DNA from: Hyaloraphidium curvatum SAG 235-1
Taxonomy: Eukaryota > Fungi > Monoblepharomycota
DNA: 64,000 bases
Direction of reading: 5' to 3'
Assembly: GCA_025558095.1 (NCBI GenBank)
Contig: JAIVFI010000036.1
Coordinates: 62,001 to 126,000, forward strand
In this document: positions 1-10,988 of the stretch, one piece after another
Layout: each line of letters opens with the position of its first letter
How positions within the stretch are numbered: the stretch's first letter is position 1
Made by a program: the position numbers and the translations under genes
The notes under the pieces: generated by a model
The model's input: the letters and a program-made list of their open reading frames with translations, nothing else
What the model was told of the DNA's origin: nothing
The model's database searches: none

Positions 1-71
1 AGCGTCCCCGTCGCCGACAGGCCGTCAACCGGCACCGACCCGCGCGGCCCCCCAGCGAAGTCCGCGCCGCC

Positions 72-2387
72 ATGGCCCGCCGCGCCGTCCTCACCGCCGC
101 CGTCGCGCTCGCGGCCCTCGCCGTCCTCTGCACCGTCGGGCGGGCGACGGCCTCCCCCCGCCGCCCCCTTCCGCCCACCCACGTGGCCGATCAGGAGAGG
201 CTCAACAAGCGCCGCGGCGCGGCCCTCGGGCCCCGCGCGCCCGCGCCCAGGCCCGACAGGGGTCAGGGCGGCGCCGGCGCCCCGCCGGCCATCTACGGCG
301 GCACGAACGTAGACTCTGTCGACAAGTACCCGTTTTTTGTGTCGCTCTACGCGGACCTTGGCGAGGTCGACGATGGCGGGAATCCCGTGCTTCAATTGTT
401 TTGCGGCGGCACGCTGATACAGCCCCGCGTCGCCCTGACGGCCGGTAGGGCTCGCAACGGCCCGGTGCACCGCATCGCGTCCTCATGCTTCGGCAGCCCA
501 CTGTGTCGACTTCTGGGAATCCGCAGGTGTCATCCGTAGCGTCGTTCAAGTCGGCCGCGTCAATAGGACCAAGACCGTCCAAGAGGAGGGCGCTTGGGAG
601 TTCAACGTCACCAGCGTCGACATCCATCCCGATTACGGCCAGGGGGGCTTTAAGACCAACGACGTCGCCCTCTTGTACCTTTCCGAACCCACCATCAGCG
701 GCTCTGGGAGCCTCGCGACTGTCGCCATTAGCTATTCGGAAGACGACCCGGCACCCAACACGACCACCACGGCGATTGGCTTCGGTATGGCGAACACCAC
801 CGCCAACGGCTTTTTCGAGTCCCCAGCAGTTGGGTTTCCCATGGTGCGTCGTCCCTGACCTGCAACGAACTGTCCCGAGTCAAAGATATCCGCTCGTCTA
901 CAGATCCTGCAGGAGGTCAATTTGACGGCAAGATCGAACGATGACTGCATCACGAACTTCTTCCAGTTCTACATCCCACAAAACATGCTTTGGACAGCGG
1001 AAAATCACCACCCCAGCTACCTCTGCGCCGGTGATCCCCCCAAGGACACATGCCAGGGCGACTCGGGCGGCCCTTTGCTGCAGTACTCGGACAGCGGGGT
1101 GCTTGAACAGGTCGGAATCACGAGCTGGGGTCCCACGTGCGGCCTGACGTACACTGTCTACTCGCGGCTGTCCTACCTGCGGCCGTGGATCGAGTTTTCC
1201 CTGAGCGTCGCAAACGGCTCCGTGACCGCGACGACGCAGACCACCGCCACGACGACGTCCTCGGCATCCAGGACGCCCTCGGTGAGGCTGCTTCTTGTTC
1301 GCCATCCTGTCCCGCTGACCACGCTTCCGTCTCAAGGCCACCTCCACGACGTCGCCCACCGAAACCAGGACCTGGGTATGGCTGCTTCTTGTTCGCCGGC
1401 CTCCCCTGCTGACCCAGCTTCCGTCTCGAGGCCACCGCCACGCCAGACCCGGGAGTCGCGCGCTACTGCTCAGTCGTGGATGCGGATGTGTTCTCGTCCG
1501 AGCCCCGTTACTTCGTGCTTCTTGTTGAGAACACCGACCCGGTCGGCGGTGTGAGGAACGTGGAGCTCTACTTCGACACGCCTTCCCTGCCCTCGGCAGA
1601 CGTGGGGATATTCAGCAACCGCTCCATCGTCGCGGGGTTTCCCGAGGGGTTTCTCTTCCGGTCGGCACCGGCCAACGGCTGCGGAGCTCGCCCCGCCAGC
1701 GAGCCCCTGGTCTTTACCGACAGCGCGGTTCTCCCCTTCGTCACCGACATGGTCATTAACTTGGTCAATGACTTGGGCCTGACTGTCGATGAAGCATGTT
1801 TCGGCGACAGCTACCGTCCCACGAACCCTTTGGCGCTGCTCCTTCCTGACCGGGCGAGCGGTGCAGTCGGCACTTATGTCCTCAGCGTGACGATCAGAGA
1901 CGCCGAGGGTTTCCTGCATCTGAACTCGTGGTGCATCTCGTTCGGCCCGTTCGTGCCGGGAACCTCGGCTATGCTCCCCACCATCACGGAGACGGTCACG
2001 GACTTTGAGACTGTCACGAACTTTGTTACCACGACCTCCGTCACGACCTCCGTCACGACCTCGGTCTCGGTCTCGACCTCGATCTCGACTTCCATCTCGA
2101 CCTCGGTCTCGACCTCCGTTTCGACCGTGGTCTCGGTCGTCAACGGGGCCATCGTCACCTCGACGCTCGTTCTACCCCCGGTCACCGCAACCGTGACCTC
2201 GGTCCCGCCGCCTGTTACGGTGGTCCCGCCGCCGGTGACTCTCACCAAGTCGGTCACCACGACCAAAGTCGCCACAAGGACGGTCGCCAAGACCACCGTG
2301 TTCCGCACCAGGACCTCCACCACGGTCAAGACCGTTGCCAGGACCACCATCCGAAAGACCATCACGATCCGGGCCAAGCGGGGGTGA
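72..2387 (+). CDS. Secreted trypsin-like (S1A) serine protease with C-terminal beta-rich (P-domain-like) region and Thr/Val-rich tail; multi-exon
   Basis: Signal peptide; IYGG mature N-terminus; CGGTLI; LTAAHC (across the intron starting at ~445); NDVALL; DTCQGDSGGPL. Catalytic triad intact. Confidence 0.85.
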
Positions 2388-3081
2388 AGCTGGGCGCCGG
2401 AGGGGGAGGGGGCTTGGGCGGGAACCGAAAACGCCATCCATCATCTTTGGGAGAAGGAGGACGAAGAACGTAGTTATGTACTGAATTGGACGCTGGAAGG
2501 AGCACAAGATGGCCTGTCGGGACTCGCGCTCCTCGCAGTGATGCTTCTCGGCCGGGCGTCCGAGTGTTTTCGATCGTGACGTCTGGTCACCGTAGGAGAT
2601 TGCCATCTGGTCCGCAGTGTCCAACCTCTTGAAACTGCTCTTCCTCGATGGGATATGTGGATTCACAGCTCGATTTCAACAAGTGCGACGAAGGCGTCGA
2701 GCACGTCGTCGCGGCGTGATTGGTCGTGCGTCCCCGGCCGCTGGGGCGGGGGACCAGACTGGAACCGCATATGTCTTGCATGCCACGCTCAGGTACTTCG
2801 TACCGTTCGTACGATGCCTCGCCAGAAAGGCGGCGCGGACTCTGTTGGACGCCCGCGGCGATCGGGGACGCCTGCGCAGGCGGTGACGGCTGGGGAGGGC
2901 TTGGACGCGGGAGGACTTCGGTATCGCAGCACACGGCCACGAAGGGGCCGGGCCGATGAGCGCGATGGACATGCTGAGCGCGCGATGCGCAAGCGGAGGC
3001 GGGCAGTGGTCGTATGGATGGATAGCGCCATCGGGCGCAGTGCGGGCGTACATGTAGTCGGATCCTTCGGGCCGGCCCTCT

Positions 3082-4201
3082 AGGGCCCCCCTGACCCCGT
3101 TGCTGCTATCCCATCGCCAATATGTCCAAACAGACGCCCGCAAAGGCTCAAATTTTCGAAATATAGGCCGTACAGGTTGATATAGGCTGATATAGGCCGA
3201 TATATAGGGGGACCAAGGCCGCGAGCAGCAGAGGGGGCAAAGGGTGCCATAGGCTGGAATAGGCCGCTATAGGCCGGCAAAGGACGATAAACGACGGCAA
3301 AAGACGACACATGAGGACAAAATGAACGATTCTGGAGCGTTTTCAAAGAGCTGTTTACGTGGGTGTGTTGCCGGTGGAGACATTCGGCCGAGCCCGGCCG
3401 ACCCGGGTCGGCGGTCCCGCCGGCTGTCCGCCTCATCGCGGCGGCGGCCCGCAGAGCGCATGTACGGCAAAACAGGTCTAGGCGAGGAGCGCCGTGGAGC
3501 GCAGATTGTCGCAGGAAGTTGGACCGATGTGCTGAGTTTGCGCGACTCGCGCGCGGGAGCGGAGTTCGACGCGCGTTCGGAGTTCGCGTCGCTCAATTCC
3601 CACCGGGTAACGCGGAAACCATGGAGCTGCGCCGGTCCTTCCACGCAACGCGTGCTGGTGCAGAGCGCTTTTAGGTTGGAGGATCGCGGCGTTCAGTTCT
3701 GGCCACCTCCTGGAGTTAGCCGGACCTCCCGCCCAACGCCGGGTCGACATTCCTGGTCTACATTCCTTGTCCACATCCCATTACCCTGGGCACTCTCCGG
3801 TAGAAAAAGACGGAAAACATCAGGTAGAAAACGCCTTGCGAGGCGCGTCGCGCCCTCGCGGGAGCGGTAGGAATGGGTGGTTCGGACTTCGGACATTCGT
3901 TACCAACCGGCAACATTTGCCGCGAGAAGTCCGATGAGCGAGACCGGTCCCCGGACGTTGGAGAATGCTCGTAGAACCATTTTGGATTGTAAAGGTGTAA
4001 TATAGGCAGATATAGGCAGCCATAGGCGCCATAGGCCGGCAAAGGGGGTCCAAAGGGCACCAAGGGCGGAACAGGCCGGCATCGGGAAATCCCGCGAGCG
4101 GTCGATATACGCAGCCATAGGCGGTCATAGGCGGGCCATAGGCTTGACATAGGATGCCATTGGGCCACAGGGGATAGCAGCAACGGAGTCAGGGGGGCCC
4201 T
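3082..4201. mobile_element. Non-autonomous TIR DNA transposon (MITE-like), 1120 bp
   Basis: 31-bp TIRs at 3082-3112 and 4171-4201 (30/31 identical, AGGGCCCCCCTGAC[C/T]CCGTTGCTGCTATCCC); flanking direct repeat CCTCT at 3077-3081 and 4202-4206; no credible ORF; subterminal ATAGGC arrays. Confidence 0.9.
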
Positions 4202-4590
4202 CCTCTCCATCGAGCAATCGAGATACTGCCCTGCAGACGTAGCGTCGCCGTCATCCTGAGCACCCCTACCCGAGGTGGGAGGCTGCGTCGCCATCAGACG
4301 CCGCATCGAGGCCGCTCCTGGGTCCTAAATCCAGGCGGTGGCAGCGCTCCGACGATCTGACGCTCCACGAAAACTAAGGATCGCCGGCGTGGTTTGCGTG
4401 ACTTCTGCTCACTCTTGTCTCGCTTCACCAAATGGTTGGGAAGTGCGCCCTGCAAGCTTCAAAGCAGACCTTGCGATACAGGATCAAAGCCAACGATCCG
4501 GGCATCACCGCAGCGGGCGGCAACCGCGGGGGCGCACTCCGCGGAACCCCCGCCACGGCGCCTCGCCCCGCCCTTCTCCCGCCCGCGGAG

Positions 4591-5667
4591 CTAGGAGTCC
4601 GAAGTCGGCGGCGGCGGCTCCGCCGTGGGCTGCCACTCCCCGATCGCCGGGGGCTCCGGCGGTTCCGGCAGCCCGGCGAGGGCCCGCCACGCGGCGTGCT
4701 CCGGGCCGCTGCCCTCGATGTCGACGATCGATACCTTTCCCACGCGTTCCCTGACGGAGGCAATGACGCGGACGAAGGCGGTGTCGGGGATGCAGGGGCG
4801 GAGGTCGCGGAGCTCCAGCAGTTCGGCGCGCGGGATGCCGCGGAGCAGGGCTGCGGTGGGCAGGCGGCGGAGGGCCAACCTCCTGAACCGCGACCGGAGG
4901 AGCGCATCCCACAGATGGTCCGGCACCGTTTCCGCGGCGCCGCAGAAATGCAGCTCCAGGTCCTCGGGCGGAAAGTCCGGATGGTCGGCCAGCGCCTCCG
5001 GGACGGCCCCCGCCCGCGCGCGGAGGCGGCAGAGCTTCTCCACGAGACGCGGGTGGTTCCCGACAAGCTGGCCGAGGAAGAACCCCAGCGTGCCCTCGTG
5101 GGGCGACAGCAAGAGCTCCAGCGTCTCGAGCCGCGGGCACCCCCGGTCGATCCTGTCCAGCACCTCGGGGGAGGGATCAAAGGCCTGCGAATCGATCATC
5201 TCGATGGAAACGCGCCGCAGCGAGGGCGGCAGCTCCATCCCGTTGAGAAACCCCGTGCCGGGCCCGTCGTCGCAGAGCACCTCGAGGTCCTCCAGGCCCT
5301 CCAGCGGGGCGAGACACCCGCGGTCCGGGAGCAGCCTGCCGTACGCCAGCCGGATCCGCAGCTTCCTCGTCGCCGTCGCAAGGCGGAGGCACGTCCCGGC
5401 GTGGGTCCGCCCGAGCATGCCGCCGAGGTCGAGCTCCCTGACCATCCGCGCGAGGCGCGGGTTGGCCAGCGCGCGCTCCAGGGCGGGGAAGTGAGGCCGG
5501 GCGGGGCGCAGCGTGCGCAGCAGGACGGGCATCGCGGCGGCGTGCAGGGCGCGGCACGCGGCGGCGCAGCGGGCGAGGTCGCGCGGGCGCAGGTGGCGGA
5601 GGACGGCGGGGAGCAGCTCGGCGGGGAGCGTCGCGAGCGTGGGCGGCGGAGGCTCCGCGGCGGGCAT
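4591..5667 (-). CDS. F-box protein with leucine-rich repeat-like region
   Basis: LATLPAELLPAVLRHLRPRDLARCAAACRAL F-box motif; LxxLxL repeats downstream. Confidence 0.75.
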   Translation of the reverse strand: MPAAEPPPPTLATLPAELLPAVLRHLRPRDLARCAAACRALHAAAMPVLLRTLRPARPHFPALERALANPRLARMVRELDLGGMLGRTHAGTCLRLATATRKLRIRLAYGRLLPDRGCLAPLEGLEDLEVLCDDGPGTGFLNGMELPPSLRRVSIEMIDSQAFDPSPEVLDRIDRGCPRLETLELLLSPHEGTLGFFLGQLVGNHPRLVEKLCRLRARAGAVPEALADHPDFPPEDLELHFCGAAETVPDHLWDALLRSRFRRLALRRLPTAALLRGIPRAELLELRDLRPCIPDTAFVRVIASVRERVGKVSIVDIEGSGPEHAAWRALAGLPEPPEPPAIGEWQPTAEPPPPTSDS

Positions 5668-5816
5668 AACCGGGTCCGCCGGTGAGACGGCGCCCTCCTC
5701 GATTTGCATCGGCGCGTTTGGGACGCGTCAGAGGCCGATGGTCGCCCCGCGTGCGTGCGTCTGGTTGTTTGGGCGTCCGATCGCTGCCACTCCAACTCCC
5801 GGTTTAACTCCCGCCA

Positions 5817-6808
5817 ATGGCCTCCGTCTCCGCCGCGGCGTACTTCGACGGCGCATCGTCGCCCAGCTCCGCCCGCGCCGGCTGGGGCGTGCGCCTCCTG
5901 GCCCCGTCGAGGCCGGGCGGCCCGCAGACCGGGACCGACCACCGCGGCGCCCTGGGCGAGGCGGCCCCCGCCGCAGCCGACTACGCCGCGCTGATCGAGG
6001 CGCTGTACCTGCTCGCCGGCCTGGGCCCCGCCGTCGACGCCGTCGTCTGCGGCGACTCGGAGCTCGTCGTGAAGCAGATGGCCGGGACCTATGCCCCCGG
6101 GCCCGAGCACCGCGCGTGGCACCTCGTCGCCGGCGCCGCGGCGGGCAAGCTGAATAGCGTGGAATTCAGACACGTCGCTCGCGATTTGAACGTCGCCGCG
6201 GACGCCCTGGCCAACGCGGACGACCCCGCCGCGACGCTGTACAGGCCCAACCTCGCCCAGATCGCCTGCCTCAAGGTCGACGGCAGGGCGACGGTGGGCT
6301 CGAACGACTTCATGGCCATGAACTCGACCGAGCCGTACCACTTTGTCGACGCCGGCTTCCTCCTCCCCCTGCCCTCTGGCCCGGACCTCCTCCGCACCTC
6401 TTCGACCAGGCCCCCGACTCGCTTGCTCCGCGGCAAGGCCAGCATGACCGTCATCTGCGCCCTCCCGGAGCTGAACGTGCGCCTGTATTCGCCCAAGGAC
6501 CGCCGCGCGCGAGGCGGCTCCATCCCAGTCCTGCTGAAGGGCGTGCTCGTGGTCGAGAACTTCCCCGTGCCGGGCACGTATCCTTCCGCAAGGCCGCAAA
6601 GGACGGCGAGGCCTGGGCGGCGGCGGCGCTGGGGATGGGCGCGTTCGGGCCCGGTTCGGCGGGCTACGGCTTCATGGACGCCGAGACGTCGCTCGAGCCG
6701 GAGAAGTTCCCGGTCGAGTACAGGAGCAGGCCGTTCTGGGCGTCGAACGACGTGGTCATCGGCGCGCCCGCGCCGCACACCGGGAACGGCAGGGTGTTGG
6801 CCTTGTAG
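5817..6808 (+). CDS. RNase HI-like domain protein with C-terminal extension (probable 1-bp frameshift near 6573)
   Basis: YFDGAS...AGWG, ADYAALIEAL, VCGDSELVVKQM, FRHVARDLNVAADALAN match the prokaryote-type RNase HI pattern; C-terminus continues in another frame to TAG at 6806-6808. Confidence 0.7.
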
Positions 6809-7025
6809 GCATTGTGCTCACGGGGCGGCAAGAGGTCGATTCCCTGTCGAAGTACCGAACGATGTATCTATTTCTTGCTACCCATATCATCGACGGGGTC
6901 GCTGGAAGGATCTTCGCCGCAGGCTTTCGCCGCTCGAGAGGGTTGGACCCGTCGCCGCGCGACCGGCCGGGAGACAAGCATCCGTTCCGCTCCCCATCTC
7001 CCTCCCCTCGCCCCCCTCATCCGCG

Positions 7026-8047
7026 ATGAAAGCGGCGGTCATCGACGCGTTCGGCGGCCCCGACGCGATCCGCATCGCCGACGTGCAGTCGCCCACCCCG
7101 GGCCCGGGCGAGCTGCTCCTCCGCGTCTCCCACGCGGGCGTGGCCGTCTGGGACCCTCTGGAGCGAGAGGGCGCTTTCGCCGGGCTGTACAAGCAGCTCA
7201 ACGGGCGCGATGTGACGTTCCCTCTCGTCCTCGGGTCCGAAGGCACGGGGAAGGTGGTCGCCGTCGGCGAGGACGTGTCGGGGTTCGCGGTCGGCGACGA
7301 GGTGTACGGCGGCGCGCTGGTCATCCCCCAGGGCGGATTCTACGCCGAGCACGTGGCGATCGATGCCAAGGTCGTCGGGAGGGTGCCGCGCGGGATGCCG
7401 GGGGAGCAGGCGGCGGCGATCGGGGGGGACGCGACGACGGCGGTCAGGGGCTTGGAGGACGTGCTGAAGGTGAAGGAGGGGGAGACGGTGCTGATCTTTG
7501 GTGCCGGTGGGTCGACGATGGCACGAAGAACGTGTCTGTTGCTCATCTCATTTCGCGGCGGACAGGCGGCGGCGTGGGCCACATGGCTCTCCAGTTTGCG
7601 AAGCGCCTCGGGTGCCGCGTCTTCGCCGTCGCCTCCCGCCCCACCGGCGTCGCGCTCGCCCTCCGCCTCGGCGCCGACGCCGCCGTCGACGGCCGCGCGG
7701 AGGACGTCGTCGCCGCCGCGGCCAGGTTCGCGCCGGGGGGCGTCGACGCGGCGCTGTTCACCGCCGGCGGCGCGGCGGCGCAGGAAGCCGTCAAGGCCGT
7801 CAAGCCCGGCGGGAGGATCGCGTGGCCCAACGGCGTGGACGACCCCCCAAAGGCGCCCGAGGGCATGCGCGGGGACGTGTTCGACAACGAGATTGACCCG
7901 GCACTGATGGCCCGCGTGAACGAGGTCGTCGAGATGGGGCCGTTCGAGGCGCACGTGGCCGAGGTGTTTGACCTGGAGAGGGTGGCGGAGGCGCAGAGGA
8001 GGGTGCTGGAGCACCACCTCGGCAAGATCGTGCTCAGGATACCGTGA
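7026..8047 (+). CDS. NADPH:quinone oxidoreductase / medium-chain dehydrogenase (MDR family); 1 intron
   Basis: MKAAVIDAFGGPD, FPLVLGSEGTG, VLIFGAG|GGVGHMALQFAK (intron ~7508-7565), HHLGKIVL. Confidence 0.9.
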
Positions 8048-8107
8048 TCTTCATTCTGTACAGCTTCTTCGCGACTACCACAGTCTGCTTTCTCTTCTCC
8101 CTGAACG

Positions 8108-9218
8108 TCAAAGCGCCACCCTGCACATGGGACAGTCCGCCCTCGCCTCCAGATGCCTCCTGAGGCACCCTTCGTGGAACGCGTGCCCGCACGGCATCCC
8201 CGCCGCATCCGAGCCAACAGCAAACTCATCCCTGCATATCGCGCACGGGTCACCCGCGGGGGCGGGCACCCCGACGATGCGGGCGAGCTGCGCGGGGTGG
8301 CGCCGCGGGATGGGGTCGGGTCGGAGTCGAATTGGGAATTGAGCGCGGAGATGCCGGCCCCCATGTCGGAGACGGCGCCGCCTGGAGAAGGGCCGCAGCT
8401 TTAGCTCACGAGGCGGAAGAAGACAAGGACGGGGGCGGGCCGGGACCCACCGAATTGAAACGCCATGGTGCGGAGTGCGTTGGCGAAGGTAACAGCGAGC
8501 AGGTTGGCCGAGGGCAGCAGGATGGCCGCGTCGCGGACGTGCGATCCCGGGCGGTCCGAGTGCGCGGCGACGTAGAGCGTCAGCGACGACACAAAATTGG
8601 TCAGGATACGGAAGCATGCCCCGAATATCTTGACCACGCGCGGGGTGAAAAACCTGCCCGTCCCGAGCTCCGGCCCGGCGATGTACCCTTTGCCGACGCT
8701 GTATCCGCACGCGAACTGCGCGTATCTCGCAAGGATTCCAAGCACCGCCAGGATGCCGAGCCATGGGCCGCAGCCGGATCCAAAGAGGTTGCGGGCGACC
8801 GAGAGGGAGTACCAGTTGGCGCCGACGAGGCGAGGCACGCGTAGGACCAAAACAGGTTGGCCGAGTCAATGAGGTGCCCGGGAGCGTCCGCGAGGTTGGA
8901 CACGTGCGCGTGCGGAGGCGGGGCGTCGCCGTCCTCGGACGGGGCATCGGCATCGTCGTCCTGGCCGCCCTCGGCGCCAGCGGACGCGTTCGGTCGCCGG
9001 CGGACCACCGCGATCGGCTCATCAGAAGTATCCTGGCGGATTTCGGTGGACCGCTGTGCCTGCGGCGTGGCGGCCGGCGTCGGCACTCCGTTCGCCAGCC
9101 GCGTCCACGCGGGCGGGCTGTCGACCCTTTCCACCCGGGACACCGTCACGGGATTCGGCGACGGCCTGAATAAAATGGTGAGGCCCTCGGAGCCGCGGGA
9201 GGAAGGCTGGGCGGACAT
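8108..9218 (-). CDS. Membrane-associated RING-H2 E3 ligase-like gene, apparently frameshifted
   Basis: C-terminal CAIC...CGHAFH..C...CPMC RING-H2; hydrophobic segments in ORF 8401-8850; the coding frame switches at least twice. Confidence 0.6.
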
Positions 9219-9334
9219 CGCTGCGGCGCGAAGGAAACGAGAAACGAAAAGGAGATTCGACAACTGGGCCTCTGAGACGACTTGACGCGGCCCGGCGGCA
9301 CGATCAGCGCCCGTCGCAGACCGAATTCGCCGCG

Positions 9335-10849
9335 ATGTCAGTCGGAAAGCTGTCATACAAAGCAGTTTCTTCTGTTGCGTCGTCGGACGGGGCGGTCGAG
9401 CGGCCACCGTGGCCCGCCGGCGAGCTCATCCGCTTCCTGCACACGTCTCCCGCGGATGGCGTCTTCCCCGGCGTACGCCGCGAGGTCACCGTCTACGTAC
9501 CCGCGCAGTATGCCGGATGTTCGCCCGCCTGCGTTTTTGTCAACCAGGACGGCGTGCTGTGGGACGCGCCGGCGCAGCTCGACCGGATGGTCCACGAGCG
9601 CCGGGTGCCTATACAGATCGGCGTGTTCGCCACCGCGGGAATTTCGATGGCGGAGGACAAGGAGAGGGAACAGCACACGTTCGCCCGCTCCCTGGAATAC
9701 GACTCGCTGGGGGACGCCTACGCGCGCTTCCTCCTCTCCGAACTGCTCCCCCTCGTCGAGACCCTCCGCACCTCGGACGGCCGCAAAATCCTCCTCTCGC
9801 GGGACGGCAAGGACCGTGCCATCGGCGGCCTGAGCAGCGGCGCCGCGTGCGCTTTCACCGCCGCGTGGGAGCGCCCCGGCGATTTCTCGCGCGTGTTCTC
9901 GGCGTGCGGGTCGTTCGTCGCGCTCAGGGGGATGCACGTGATGCCGCTGCTGCTGCGCAAGCATGAGCCCCGGCGGATCAGGGTCTACATCCAGGGGGGG
10001 ACCAACGATCTGAACAACGACTACGGAGATTGGTGGATGGCTAACCAGGCCATGGTGCGGTCGCTCGCCTACGCGGGCAACGAGGTACGGCACGACTTTG
10101 GGGAGGGCGGGCACGATGCGATCAGGGGGACCGAGGTGTTTGCCGAGGCCATGGAGTGGCTTTGGGCGGGATGGCCCGCGCCGGTCGGGTTCGCGGCCCC
10201 GACGCGGAACGAAACCCTGCGTGCGATCCTGATCGACGGCGAGGACTGGACGAGATCCCCGCTCACGCTTGAGGACGTGCGAAGGGGCAAGCAACGCGCC
10301 GCCGACGGCCTCCCCACCGCCGACCCCCGCCTCGCGGCGCTCGGCCCGCCCACCGACATCCTCCGCGCCCACTCGGGCCACACGTACCTTACCACCCCCT
10401 CGGGCCTGTACCACCTCCCCCCCACCGGCCCTGCTGTCCTCGCATCCCCGCACACGGGCCGCCTGGCAATCTCCCCGGACCATTCGAGGCTGTTCCTCTC
10501 CACGCGTTCGGACACCCTGAGCTTCCGCCTCCGCGACGGGGCACCGTGCGAGCCGCTCCCGTATTTCTCACTGCACGGCGCCCCAAACGCGGGCGGAATC
10601 TGCGTCGATCTGACGGGTCGGGTGTACGCAGCAACACCGATCGGCGTCCAAGCGTGCGACCCCGTGGGCAGGGTCGCCGCGGTGCTCCCGCTCCCGTCGG
10701 GTGGGGCCGGTGCGGAGGACGTGGGGTGGGCGGAGGGCGGGAAGATGGTGGCGGTGGCGGCGGACGGGGCGGTGTGGGAGAGGAGGGTGAAGGCGACGGG
10801 GGTCAGGGCGTGGGAGGGGGGGCGGAAGCCGCCGATGCCGAGGTTGTGA
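9335..10849 (+). CDS. Enterochelin-esterase-like alpha/beta hydrolase fused to SMP-30/gluconolactonase-like propeller; intronless
   Basis: VYVPAQY, VNQDG, RSLEYD, GGLSSGA nucleophile elbow, AAWERP, GEGGH; C-terminal GICVDLTGRVYAATPIGVQ. Confidence 0.8.
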   Translation: MSVGKLSYKAVSSVASSDGAVERPPWPAGELIRFLHTSPADGVFPGVRREVTVYVPAQYAGCSPACVFVNQDGVLWDAPAQLDRMVHERRVPIQIGVFATAGISMAEDKEREQHTFARSLEYDSLGDAYARFLLSELLPLVETLRTSDGRKILLSRDGKDRAIGGLSSGAACAFTAAWERPGDFSRVFSACGSFVALRGMHVMPLLLRKHEPRRIRVYIQGGTNDLNNDYGDWWMANQAMVRSLAYAGNEVRHDFGEGGHDAIRGTEVFAEAMEWLWAGWPAPVGFAAPTRNETLRAILIDGEDWTRSPLTLEDVRRGKQRAADGLPTADPRLAALGPPTDILRAHSGHTYLTTPSGLYHLPPTGPAVLASPHTGRLAISPDHSRLFLSTRSDTLSFRLRDGAPCEPLPYFSLHGAPNAGGICVDLTGRVYAATPIGVQACDPVGRVAAVLPLPSGGAGAEDVGWAEGGKMVAVAADGAVWERRVKATGVRAWEGGRKPPMPRL

Positions 10850-10988
10850 TTCGACCGTGTGGGTCTTGGAGTGCGCATGTGTGCATTGATGGCTCCTGCT
10901 CATGGACACGCTCCATTCGATTCCTCGTGAAATGGTATTCTGCGATTGTGTACAGCAAAGAGGAGAATATGGGGCTCCCACGAGTCCA

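Noticed and set aside
2028-2140. Short tandem repeats resembling a CRISPR or minisatellite array
   Set aside because: They encode TTSV/TSIS repeats of the protease tail and have no unique spacers. No CRISPR array was seen anywhere in the window.
3082-4201. MITE as a non-autonomous derivative of the Fanzor element
   Set aside because: The TIR sequences and TSD are unrelated to the 36898/45539 ends.
5817-7907. 696-aa ORF suggesting an RNase H-oxidoreductase fusion
   Set aside because: Artefact of a frameshift near 6573 and an unspliced intron. The intervening translation is low-complexity and the oxidoreductase has its own ATG at 7026.
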